Below are positions 9,899 to 18,555 of a stretch of 32,177 nucleotides of DNA, piece after piece. The position numbers were made by a program, and so were the translations under genes. Where the stretch lies: the sequence record DRR378314_1160; one strand, written 5' to 3'. Below the pieces are notes generated by a model. That model was not told where the DNA came from. It did no database searches and saw only the letters and a program-made list of their open reading frames with translations. Every line of letters starts with the position of its first letter. Position 1 is the first letter of the stretch.

Positions 9899-11390
9899 TC
9901 TGAACCCTCCCGGTCGTTGCATGGGTCATGATGTTCTCAGACGTGATGGCCGCGCCTGCGACGGTGGCAACGATGCCCCCCTGGCGAAAAACACAAACCC
10001 GGTCGGACATGCCGATAACCTCCGGCAACTCTGAGGAGATCATGATGATTGAATAGCCCTGCGCGGTGAAATCGCGCATCAGCTGATAGATCTCGGCCTT
10101 GGCGCCGACGTCGATGCCACGGGTGGGCTCATCAAATATGAGCACCTTCATCTGATGGTTCAGCCAGCGCGCGATCACGACTTTCTGCTGGTTGCCACCC
10201 GACAGTGTATCAACGCGATCCATCGGGCTCTGAGCCTTTACACGGACCGCCTGCATTACATCGGCCGTTGCGGCGCGCTCAGCCTTGAGATCGATGAACC
10301 AATGCGCCTTGCGGTATTTTCTGTAGTTGTTCACCGAGACATTCTGGAGGATCGAAAAAGAGGTCATCAGCCCCTCGTCCTTGCGGCTTTCCGGCAGTAA
10401 ACCAATACCCCGCGCCAGCCCGTCCGACGGATCGCGCAGACGGGTTTGTTGCCCCTCAAGGCTCAGATCACACTGTACGGAGGGGTGCGCCCCAAGCAAA
10501 GCGAGCGCTGCTTCGGTACGCCCGGAGCCGACCAACCCGGCAAAACCGAGGATCTCACCTCTGCGCAACGCAAAGTGAGACACCGGACCTTTTCCACGCA
10601 GTTGCAAAGCAGAACACTCAAGCACGACCTCGGCGTCCGGCGCGATCTCCGGCTTGGGCGGAAAGGAGTTCTCGATCCGGCGGCCCACCATCATCTCGAC
10701 CAAATGGTCCGTATCGGTATCGCAAACGGCGCAATCGCCGATGCATACCCCATCGCGCAGAACGGTGATCTGGTCGCAAATCTCGAAGATTTCCTCCAAA
10801 TGGTGCGAAATGAAGACAATGGCCACGTCCTGTTTGCGCAGCTCTCGCATGACCTTGAACAGATGCTCTACCTCCGATGGCGTCAGCGTCGCAGTCGGCT
10901 CGTCAAGGACGAGAATGCTGGCCTCCAGCGACAGGGCCTTGGCAATCTCGACAAACTGTTGCTCTGCCACCGAAAGACGGTTCACCGGAATATCGAGCGG
11001 TATCTCCACGTCGAGATCGGTCAGGATGTCGCGCGCCCGTGCCCGCATTGCCTTGCGATCAAGAAATCCCAGCGGGCCGCGTATCTCGCGAGCAAGAAAC
11101 ATGTTCTCCACCGCTGTCAGGTAGGGGATCAAAGAAAACTCTTGAAACACGATACCGATCCCGGCCGTGATCGCCGCTTCATAGCTCGCGAACTGCCGCG
11201 GTTGGCCGTCCAGAAAGATTTGTCCTTCGGTCGGCTGCAGGATACCGCAGAGGATCTTCATCAATGTCGACTTGCCAGCACCGTTTTCGCCGAGCAGCGC
11301 GTGGATCTCACCTGGCCGCACTTCAAGGTCGACACCATGCAGGACCTGCACGGGACCAAAGCGTTTCTTGATGCCTTTGAGTTCCAGCAT
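9888..11390 (-). CDS. Sugar ABC transporter ATP-binding protein (RbsA-type, two NBDs)
   Basis: [34 protein letters not shown]. Confidence 0.95.
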   Translation of the reverse strand: MLELKGIKKRFGPVQVLHGVDLEVRPGEIHALLGENGAGKSTLMKILCGILQPTEGQIFLDGQPRQFASYEAAITAGIGIVFQEFSLIPYLTAVENMFLAREIRGPLGFLDRKAMRARARDILTDLDVEIPLDIPVNRLSVAEQQFVEIAKALSLEASILVLDEPTATLTPSEVEHLFKVMRELRKQDVAIVFISHHLEEIFEICDQITVLRDGVCIGDCAVCDTDTDHLVEMMVGRRIENSFPPKPEIAPDAEVVLECSALQLRGKGPVSHFALRRGEILGFAGLVGSGRTEAALALLGAHPSVQCDLSLEGQQTRLRDPSDGLARGIGLLPESRKDEGLMTSFSILQNVSVNNYRKYRKAHWFIDLKAERAATADVMQAVRVKAQSPMDRVDTLSGGNQQKVVIARWLNHQMKVLIFDEPTRGIDVGAKAEIYQLMRDFTAQGYSIIMISSELPEVIGMSDRVCVFRQGGIVATVAGAAITSENIMTHATTGRVQNVA

Positions 11391-11461
11391 GAGAACCTCC
11401 TGTTCATTGAAAAGGCCGCCCCCGCCAGCCAAGGATCTGACGGAAGCGGCAGGGGAGCGCG

Positions 11462-12364
11462 TTACCAGGAGAACCCTTCGGCGTTTTCGCTATCCACAAC
11501 GCGCACATCGATCGGCACCTCGGAAGGTACCACTCGGGCGCCCCACTTCTGAGCAAGCGCCATAGCGAGGCCAACCCGCACCTGATCGCGCGGGAATTGC
11601 GCGGTGGTTTCGATGAAAGCGCCACCCTTGGCGATGGCATCAACGGCCTCTGGCGCGCCATCCACCGAAGTCAGCTTGATATCGCGACCAGAGCCGTTGA
11701 TGGCAGCCAGTGCCCCCATCGCACCGCCGTCATTCACCGAGAAAATGCCTGAAAGGTTCTGGTGTGACTGAATCATGTTCTCGACCACACCGAGCGCGAC
11801 CGAACGGTCTTGGCGCCCGTTCTGCACATCGACCAGTTCGATTCCCTCGAACTCCGCCAGTGCCGCTTTGCAGCCCTCAACCCTCTGGAGGATCGGTACA
11901 ACCGGGATGCCGTCGAGAATGGCGACTTCGCCCGCGCCGCCAAGCTCTTCGGCGAGATACTTGCAGGACATGTAACCTGCGTCGCGGTTCTTGGAGCCGA
12001 CAAAGGTATCGACCGGACCGTTGGCGTTGGCATCCACCGCGATGACGATGACATCATTTGCCTTCGCCATATGTACTGCGGCCTCGATACCGGCGGAGTC
12101 GGTCGGGTTCAGCAAAAGGATATCGATGCCCTGCTGCAGCATGTCTTCCACGTCGGAAATCTGTTTCACGACGTCATGACCCGCGTCCGTCACCACGACC
12201 TCGGCACCGAGGTCCTTTGCCGCGTCCATCAGTGCTTCCTGCATCGATACGAAATACGGGTTGTTCAGCTCCTGAAAGGTCATGCCGATCTTCAGCTTAT
12301 CCTGAGCCATGGCAGGCAATGCCATGGTCAGCGCAAGCGCGGTGGTCACAAGTGTCTTTTTCAT
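11462..12364 (-). CDS. Sugar ABC transporter periplasmic binding protein (RbsB-type)
   Basis: Signal peptide [45 protein letters not shown]. Confidence 0.93.
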   Translation of the reverse strand: MKKTLVTTALALTMALPAMAQDKLKIGMTFQELNNPYFVSMQEALMDAAKDLGAEVVVTDAGHDVVKQISDVEDMLQQGIDILLLNPTDSAGIEAAVHMAKANDVIVIAVDANANGPVDTFVGSKNRDAGYMSCKYLAEELGGAGEVAILDGIPVVPILQRVEGCKAALAEFEGIELVDVQNGRQDRSVALGVVENMIQSHQNLSGIFSVNDGGAMGALAAINGSGRDIKLTSVDGAPEAVDAIAKGGAFIETTAQFPRDQVRVGLAMALAQKWGARVVPSEVPIDVRVVDSENAEGFSW

Positions 12365-12463
12365 TGGATCAGATCCTCCCTCTGAGTGTTTCGGGCACAG
12401 CCCGACTGTGTCCGGATGGCGTTCCGTCATCCGAATTCGTGAACTCTACGTATGTGCTTTGGT

Positions 12464-13351
12464 CTATTCCGCGGCGGCTGTGATCGCCCCGTTGGCAGCA
12501 AAGGTCGCGCGGAACTGCGACGGTGACATGCCCTTGAGTTTCAGGAAATGCCGATTGAAATTCGACAGGTTCGAAAACCCGACATCAAAGCAGATATCGG
12601 CAACTTTGGCGTCCGGCTGGGTCAGCAGCATCTGGCAAGCCAGATCAACGCGCAACTGGTTCTTGTAGCGCACCAGCGTGGTTCCGGTGTGACGCTTAAA
12701 GGCGCGGGAAAACACGCTCTGGCTCTGCCCGACAAGGTCGGCGAGGACCTTTTCATCTACACTTTCGGTCAGATGCTCCCGCAGATGGGCGATGGCCCGA
12801 TTGACGCCCCCCTCCTTCAACCCTTCAAGATCCAGTTCGTAGCTAAGGCTAGCGAGCACCTCCGGCTCCGGTGCGGTCACCAGCACGTTCATAATATCCC
12901 AGAACAGCGACAGGCGACGAATGCCCCGCGCCTCGATCAACCGAGCCAACAGCGGCTTCACCCGGGCACTGGTCTCGTCGTCGAACAACAGCCCCCGGTG
13001 ACTCCGTTCCAGCATCGGGCGCAACTCGTCAAGTTCCGGCATGGAGGCCAGCGCATCGGCCATGAAACGTTCCGGAAACTGAACCACCATGGAGCGGGCC
13101 GGCACACTTTCCCCCGGCGCAATGTCCGAAATCCAGTTCTGCGGCAGGTTAGGACCCGTCAGGATCAGTTGACCGGGACCGAACTTGCCGATGAAGTCAC
13201 CGATGTAGAAGGTACCGGATGTATCCACGACAAGGTGAACCTCATATTCCGGGTGATAATGCCAGCGCACAGTCCGGAACGGATAGCCATGCATCCACGC
13301 TGCAAAGCTCTCGCCCTTGCGGATGTGGACCAGTTCCAGATCAGGTTGCAT
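12464..13351 (-). CDS. AraC family regulator (cupin + HTH) of the polyol cluster
   Basis: WHYHPEYE cupin motif and C-terminal GFSNLSNFNRHF...GMSPSQFR. GGAG RBS before the ATG at 13351. Confidence 0.92.
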   Translation of the reverse strand: MQPDLELVHIRKGESFAAWMHGYPFRTVRWHYHPEYEVHLVVDTSGTFYIGDFIGKFGPGQLILTGPNLPQNWISDIAPGESVPARSMVVQFPERFMADALASMPELDELRPMLERSHRGLLFDDETSARVKPLLARLIEARGIRRLSLFWDIMNVLVTAPEPEVLASLSYELDLEGLKEGGVNRAIAHLREHLTESVDEKVLADLVGQSQSVFSRAFKRHTGTTLVRYKNQLRVDLACQMLLTQPDAKVADICFDVGFSNLSNFNRHFLKLKGMSPSQFRATFAANGAITAAAE

Positions 13352-13754
13352 AGCAGTCTCCTCCGCCCCCGGCAGCTTCTCCTCCAAGAGTGTGCCGAAG
13401 TCCGTCCAGCCTACTCCTGTCGTATTTGCGCCTCCACCACGCCACTGCCGAAAAGACGATACTTTTTTGCAGGTGTGTTTGGATTTTCTGGGCAGGGAGA
13501 CCTAGCCGCAATGCTGCGGCGCACGAACGGAAATGCGGCGACGCGGAATGTTATCCCGCTATACTCGCATTTTCAGATGGTTATCGAGCACACAGATCAA
13601 ACTCGCACTCATGTGGAAGCGTCAATTTATCGATCTCTACGATTATACTTTTTTAACCGCACACTCCCGACATCTGTACATTGCACCCCTCCTCCACACA
13701 TTCATCTCGGCCCTACGGCCCCACGAGCGGGTCGAACAGATTCGCCGAAGCGAC

Positions 13755-13775
13755 CGCTTAACAGCCTGTTAAGCG
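13755..13775. promoter_or_regulatory. Perfect inverted repeat containing TTAA-N7-TTAA (CtrA-box-like) upstream of rsbR
   Basis: CGCTTAACAG-C-CTGTTAAGCG: 10-bp perfect arms, with TTAA at 13758-13761 and 13769-13772. Confidence 0.55.
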
Positions 13776-13844
13776 ACTCTGCGTAGGCTTCTTGGGGTAA
13801 TGTTGCCCCGCGTATTCTGCGGGATGTGTTTAGAGGGTTTCCGC

Positions 13845-14762
13845 GTGCGTGAAGTGATTTCATCGTCGCTCTCCGAGTCCGAGGGCAAGCCAGATCTCGA
13901 TCATGACCTTAAAAACGCGATGCGATGGTTCGATCTGTCGAATCATGATCGCACTCAAACCTCGGAACTGAGCGAAATCGCAGAAGACGTGGGAGAGCGC
14001 ATCATCGAAGCGTTCTACACACACTTGCTGGCGGATGAGAGCGCGTCACGGCATTTCCGCGACGACGCTCATATCGCGCAGGTCAAGAAAGGCCAGATGC
14101 GCTATTTCCGCGAACTGATCAGCGCCGATCTGGACAACAGCTACATCACCGATCGTCGACGGATCGGCAGCATTCATGAACGCACCGGCGTGACCCCTAC
14201 GCTTTATATCGGAGCCTATGCGTTCTACCTGAACAAGCTTGCAAGCGTCGTCCTTGAACGCATGAAGGACGACCCCACCAAAGCGTTTCGCATGGTTCTG
14301 TCGCTGTTCAAGATTGCGCATTTCGACATGGCTCTGGCGCTGGAAACCTATGTCGACGCGCGAGAAGAGACCATCAAGGCGCGTGAAAGGGAGCTGAGCG
14401 AACTTCCCACCCCGGTTCTGCAACTGCGTCCCGGATTGCTGCTGATCCCCGTGGTGGGCACCCTGGACAGCTATCGCGCCCGTACCCTGACGGTGCAGTT
14501 GCTGGAAGGCATCAAGGAGCATCGCGCACGCGCCGTGGTTCTGGACATCACTGGCGTGGCGGCGGTCGACAGCGCCGTCGCCAACCATCTGATCCAGACC
14601 ATGGCTGCCGCACGCTTGATGGGGGCTCGACCGGTCCTCACCGGCCTGTCCGCAGAGGTGGCACAATCTCTGGTCAAGGTTGGCGTCACCGCCGAAGCCC
14701 TGAGCACCGCGGGCGACCTGCAACGCGGCATAGAGCTGGCAGAACACCTGCTGCGGGAGTGA
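13845..14762 (+). CDS. rsbR: Stressosome sensor RsbR: N-terminal protoglobin/sensor-globin domain + C-terminal STAS
   Basis: Globin part: FYTHL, RIGSIHERTGV..TLYIGAY. STAS part: ELPTPVLQL, LIPVVGTLDS..A, VLDITGVAAVDSAVANHLI, LTGLSAEVAQSLV. Start uncertain (13800, 13824, or GTG at 13845 after GAGGG). Confidence 0.9.
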   Translation: MREVISSSLSESEGKPDLDHDLKNAMRWFDLSNHDRTQTSELSEIAEDVGERIIEAFYTHLLADESASRHFRDDAHIAQVKKGQMRYFRELISADLDNSYITDRRRIGSIHERTGVTPTLYIGAYAFYLNKLASVVLERMKDDPTKAFRMVLSLFKIAHFDMALALETYVDAREETIKARERELSELPTPVLQLRPGLLLIPVVGTLDSYRARTLTVQLLEGIKEHRARAVVLDITGVAAVDSAVANHLIQTMAAARLMGARPVLTGLSAEVAQSLVKVGVTAEALSTAGDLQRGIELAEHLLRE

Positions 14763-14766
14763 ACCG

Positions 14767-15120
14767 ATGACAGTGACGGTTCCGATCCTCCGGCAAGGCT
14801 CTGCGCTGATTGCCTCCATACAGGAAGATCTTTGCGACAGCGACATTCTGAACCTGCAGAGTCGCATACTCGAAGATGTGATCAGATGCCGGGCACATGC
14901 GGTTATCGTGGACGTCAGCGCCATCAGCATTCTGGACAGCTTCGGCACCAAGACCCTGATCGAAATCGCATACTCGGTGAAGCTGCGCGGCGCCCAAATG
15001 GTTATCGTCGGCATTCAACCCGAAGTGGCAATTTCGATGGTATTGCTTGGCCTCACCCTGAAAGACATCCCGACCGCGCTTGATCTCGACCATGGCCTCG
15101 CCCTGATCGGCGACACCTGA
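14767..15120 (+). CDS. rsbS: Stressosome scaffold RsbS (single STAS domain)
   Basis: VPILRQG..LIASIQ, IVDVSAISILDSF (conserved phospho-Ser), VGIQPEVAISMV..GL, TALDLD.GL. Confidence 0.93.
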   Translation: MTVTVPILRQGSALIASIQEDLCDSDILNLQSRILEDVIRCRAHAVIVDVSAISILDSFGTKTLIEIAYSVKLRGAQMVIVGIQPEVAISMVLLGLTLKDIPTALDLDHGLALIGDT

Positions 15121-15121
15121 G

Positions 15122-15541
15122 ATGCAGTTTCCGGCCCCACTCGATGCAATGGTTCAGGCCATTCGGCGCGATGCCGACGTCATCTCCGCCCGTCAGGTGG
15201 GGCGCGCATTGGCCGAAGACCTCGGCTTCAGCCGCCCGGATCAGGCGCTTGTGGCAACCGCAATTTCAGAACTGGCCCGCAACATCGTCGTCTACGCCGA
15301 TCATGGCAAGATCGAACTGACTGCCGTACAGCAGGGAGACAGGCAGGGCATCCGCATCGTAGCCCGAGACAATGGCCCCGGAATCGCAGATCTTGAGCGC
15401 GCGCTGTCGGACGGGTTTTCGACTGGCAACAGCCTTGGCCTTGGCTTGCCCGGCACTCGCAGAATCGTGGATGAGTTCGACATTCAGTCGACATCCGGCG
15501 AAGGAGTAACTGTCATCGCTGTCAAATGGCGACTGCAATGA
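15122..15541 (+). CDS. rsbT: Stressosome switch Ser/Thr kinase RsbT
   Basis: ATAISELARNIVVYA, DNGPGIADL..ALSDGFST, LGLGLPGTRRIVDEFDI, and C-terminal KW. Confidence 0.94.
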   Translation: MQFPAPLDAMVQAIRRDADVISARQVGRALAEDLGFSRPDQALVATAISELARNIVVYADHGKIELTAVQQGDRQGIRIVARDNGPGIADLERALSDGFSTGNSLGLGLPGTRRIVDEFDIQSTSGEGVTVIAVKWRLQ

Positions 15542-16155
15542 CCGAGCGTATCATCACCCAGCCCGGAGCGTCCCACGCGCTGTCATGGGGCATATCACAG
15601 TGCTCCAAGTTCGCCGGCAGCAGTGGTGATGGCTACATGCTGCTGCGTGAAGGGCCGAATATCCGTATCTACGTTGTCGATGGGATGGGAAGCGGGACCG
15701 AGGCCAATGCTGCCGCCGACACGGCGTTAGCCAACCTCAGGGAGTCGGATTGTAACGACATGGAAATGGCGTTTGGAAAGGTACATTCGGCCCTGCATGG
15801 TATACGGGGCGCAGCGCTGGCCGGAGCCCAGATAAATCTCGAACAGATGACTTTGTTTTGGACCGCGGTCGGAGACATAGATGGCGCACTCGTGCGCAAC
15901 GGCAAGATCGCCGAAAGCCTGATCCAGTCGAGTGGAACGCTCGGACTGATCTACAATGGTGTGTGCCTGGCGCGCGTGCCGCTGCAAGTCAACGACATGA
16001 TCGTCATGGCCACGGACGGCATCAGCCGCAATTACCGCTCCGACCTCCACACCGATCTCCCAATCATCGATATCGTCACAGGCATTCTCAGACACCACGG
16101 GCGCCGCGCGGATGACCGGCTCGTCCTTGGTCTCAAGGTGGTGACATCGCCATGA
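15538..16155 (+). CDS. rsbX: PP2C/SpoIIE-family feedback phosphatase RsbX
   Basis: SGDGY, VVDGMGSG, RGAA, VGDI, ATDGI, ADDR PP2C motifs. ATGA overlap with rsbT. Confidence 0.85.
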   Translation: MTERIITQPGASHALSWGISQCSKFAGSSGDGYMLLREGPNIRIYVVDGMGSGTEANAAADTALANLRESDCNDMEMAFGKVHSALHGIRGAALAGAQINLEQMTLFWTAVGDIDGALVRNGKIAESLIQSSGTLGLIYNGVCLARVPLQVNDMIVMATDGISRNYRSDLHTDLPIIDIVTGILRHHGRRADDRLVLGLKVVTSP

Positions 16156-17357
16156 TTGACCACGACAACAAGAGCCGCATCAATGCTGCCCGATCCTTTG
16201 ATCAAAGCTATGCAGCGGCGCTCGCAGCCTATGTTTATGACGGCAACGAAGAGGATCTGTCCCGAGCCTACGATTGCGCCAGGCAGGCATTGCAGACCTC
16301 GATTTCGATCGGGGAGCTTGGCGAGCTCCACTTTCGTGCGGCGCAGACGTTGTGCAGTGGATCACAGTCCCCCTCACCCGAGACCGTACGGACCGAGGAG
16401 TTTTTTCTCGAGGCAATTTCCGTCTATGATATGGCATTGCGCGGCTATGGCGAAAGCGTGACCCAGCTAACCGCAGAGGTGCAGGAGCGCAAGCGCGTGG
16501 AATATGAGCTGCGCGACGTGACCTTCGAACTGGCCCGACAGCGAGACAGCTTGGATCAGCAGGTCAAGACGCGCACACGCGAGCTGCAAAGGGGACTGGA
16601 AGAACTACGCCAGCTCAACAGCCAATTGCAGCAGGCCAATCAGGAACAGGCGCAATTCACCTATGCCATTTCCCATGATTTGAAATCGCCAATAAATACG
16701 ATAGCAATGATGTTGGATATCCTGTCGGTTGATCACCAACGACACTTGGATCCCGAAAGCTTCGAGCTCATTGACGCTGCCCAAGCGACCGCGTCCCGCA
16801 TGTCGCGGATGATCAACGATATCCTGCAGTATGCCCGGCTTGTCGGCCAGGAGGCGGAATTTGAGACCGTATCGCTCGATAGGCTGTGCCGCGAAGTTCG
16901 CGATGACATGCGCCATGAAATCACGGATGGACAGGCCGCGATCGACATCTCTCCCCTCCCCGATGTGCGAGGAATGCCGTCACAATTGCGCAGCCTGTTG
17001 CAGAACCTGCTGTCCAACGCGATTAAATTCCGCGACCCGGCACGCCCCTGCCGCATTACCGTATCCGCCGTGTCGCACCCGCACAATTGCGCTGCTGAGA
17101 TTAAGGTCAGCGATACTGGAATTGGCATACCAGAAGCCTATCGCACCCGAATTTTCTCACTGTTTCAGCGACTACACACCTACGACCAATACTCTGGCTC
17201 CGGGATCGGACTGACACTTTGTCAACGCATCGCCGGATACCATTCCGGGGACATTCACGTCGTCGAGAATGCAAGACAGGGAAGCACTTTTATCGTCAGA
17301 TTCTGGGTCAAAGAAAGGGAGCCTGACAATGACACTCAACCGCGTGATGATCATTGA
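16152..17357 (+). CDS. Cytoplasmic histidine kinase with N-terminal RsbU_N-like (RsbT-binding) domain, coiled coil, HisKA and HATPase
   Basis: H-box FTYAISHDLKSP, N-box QNLLSNAIKF, G1 DTGIGI, F-box RIFSLFQRLH, G2 GSGIGL. No hydrophobic transmembrane stretch. ATGA overlap with rsbX. Confidence 0.9.
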   Translation: MIDHDNKSRINAARSFDQSYAAALAAYVYDGNEEDLSRAYDCARQALQTSISIGELGELHFRAAQTLCSGSQSPSPETVRTEEFFLEAISVYDMALRGYGESVTQLTAEVQERKRVEYELRDVTFELARQRDSLDQQVKTRTRELQRGLEELRQLNSQLQQANQEQAQFTYAISHDLKSPINTIAMMLDILSVDHQRHLDPESFELIDAAQATASRMSRMINDILQYARLVGQEAEFETVSLDRLCREVRDDMRHEITDGQAAIDISPLPDVRGMPSQLRSLLQNLLSNAIKFRDPARPCRITVSAVSHPHNCAAEIKVSDTGIGIPEAYRTRIFSLFQRLHTYDQYSGSGIGLTLCQRIAGYHSGDIHVVENARQGSTFIVRFWVKEREPDNDTQPRDDH

Positions 17358-17721
17358 CGATGATCGTTTTGATCAACTGGCGTATCGGCGCATATTGAGA
17401 AAAGCGAATGCGGAAATCGACCTATTGCCCTTTCAATACGCGATCAAAGCGCTGGAATACCTGCAATCCCCCGCGCGTCAGCATGTGGACGCAATTCTTC
17501 TGGACATCAACATGCCACGCATGAACGGGTTTGAGTTTCTGGAGGCAGCGCAAACGGAACTTGAAAACCAGATCGTGATCATGGTGACAACCTCTCTGGA
17601 TCCTAGAGACCGCAACCGAGCCGAGGCCTTTGCTCCAGTACGCGGTTTTTTCAGCAAACCTCTGTCGACAGACGATATTTCCAAGATCAATTCGCTGGTG
17701 ATGCAGCAGGCCGCTGTCTAG
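17329..17721 (+). CDS. Single-domain response regulator (receiver only)
   Basis: IIDDD, LLDINMPRMNGFEFL (phospho-Asp), MVTTS, SKP. No output domain. Overlaps the kinase end; GGGAG RBS. Confidence 0.9.
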   Translation: MTLNRVMIIDDDRFDQLAYRRILRKANAEIDLLPFQYAIKALEYLQSPARQHVDAILLDINMPRMNGFEFLEAAQTELENQIVIMVTTSLDPRDRNRAEAFAPVRGFFSKPLSTDDISKINSLVMQQAAV

Positions 17722-17923
17722 GGCGACTTTTTGTACCACTGCTTGAATTCACATCGCGATAGGGCGCCGTCGCTCCAGCGTTTCGCAACTCCGAAAAGTG
17801 TTCCATGGCCTCCAAAAGATAGGCAGATTCTTGCTTGTGTTATTTAGACGCCTTGGCACACACGGCATTTTGACAGAATGTAACGGCGCCTCACGACCAT
17901 AAAAAAAGATATCAGAGTGTACC

Positions 17924-18466
17924 GTGCAGAACCTCATCCGATTCTTCCGCCTGAACCCGCTTGTCAGTGGACTTCTTCTCATTGCAACGCTGGGCCTAAC
18001 GGCCTGCGGCCAGGCTCCTGGACGTGATGAAAGCGCAATTGACCCGAACCGCCGCGCCTTTGCCATGCGGGAGGCGGAAAGCCTGCGATCCCGTGGCGCG
18101 CGCGTGTGGTGCGTTCCATTTGCGCGCAATCTCTCGGGCGTCGAAATTCGCGGCAATGCCCGGACATGGTGGCGTCAGGCACAGGGCGAGTTCGGTGTCG
18201 GAAACGAACCGACCGTTGGCGCAGTGATGGCATTCAGCGCCACCCCGTCAATGCCATTGGGCCATGTAGCCGTGGTTTCCGAGCTGGTGGATGATCGCAT
18301 GCTGCGCGTGGATCATGCCAATTGGCGACGCAACAAGGTCTCACTTGGAATGTCAGTAATCGACGTCTCCAAAGACAATGACTGGTCGCGCGTCCGACTG
18401 GAAAGCAATCCCGGCGCTTATGGCAGCGTCTATCCGATCAATGGCTTCATCCGGCCGCATTCTTGA
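17924..18466 (+). CDS. CHAP-domain lipoprotein (putative peptidoglycan amidase/peptidase)
   Basis: Lipobox LTAC, WCVPFAR (catalytic Cys), GNARTWW, GHVAVV (His), DHANW. Confidence 0.88.
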   Translation: MQNLIRFFRLNPLVSGLLLIATLGLTACGQAPGRDESAIDPNRRAFAMREAESLRSRGARVWCVPFARNLSGVEIRGNARTWWRQAQGEFGVGNEPTVGAVMAFSATPSMPLGHVAVVSELVDDRMLRVDHANWRRNKVSLGMSVIDVSKDNDWSRVRLESNPGAYGSVYPINGFIRPHS

Positions 18467-18506
18467 TCCAAGGCGGGCATGCGATCGACCATTGTGTAGT
18501 GTGTTG

Positions 18507-18536
18507 GGGGCCTCTCTTGGGGCCCCTTGTTACTTT
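18507..18536 (+). terminator. Probable terminator hairpin between convergent genes
   Basis: GGGGCC...GGCCCC stem followed by T-rich TTGTTACTTT. Confidence 0.5.
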
Positions 18537-18555
18537 GAGCGCCGGGCGCTAACAG

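Noticed and set aside
13545-13571. GGAAT-N18-CATT as a possible EcfG promoter for the stressosome operon
   Set aside because: Both boxes deviate from consensus, the spacing is too long, and it lies about 270 nt from the likely start.
10446-13786. Long plus-strand ORFs (10446-11552, 12548-13786)
   Set aside because: Antisense to well-supported ABC and AraC genes. Such shadow ORFs are expected in GC-rich DNA.
14046-15014. 322-aa minus-strand ORF over rsbR/rsbS
   Set aside because: Antisense to motif-rich rsbR and rsbS, with no domain signature.
17854-17866. TGGCAC sigma-54-like -24 element upstream of the CHAP gene
   Set aside because: The GG-to-GC spacing is 8 nt rather than the required 10.
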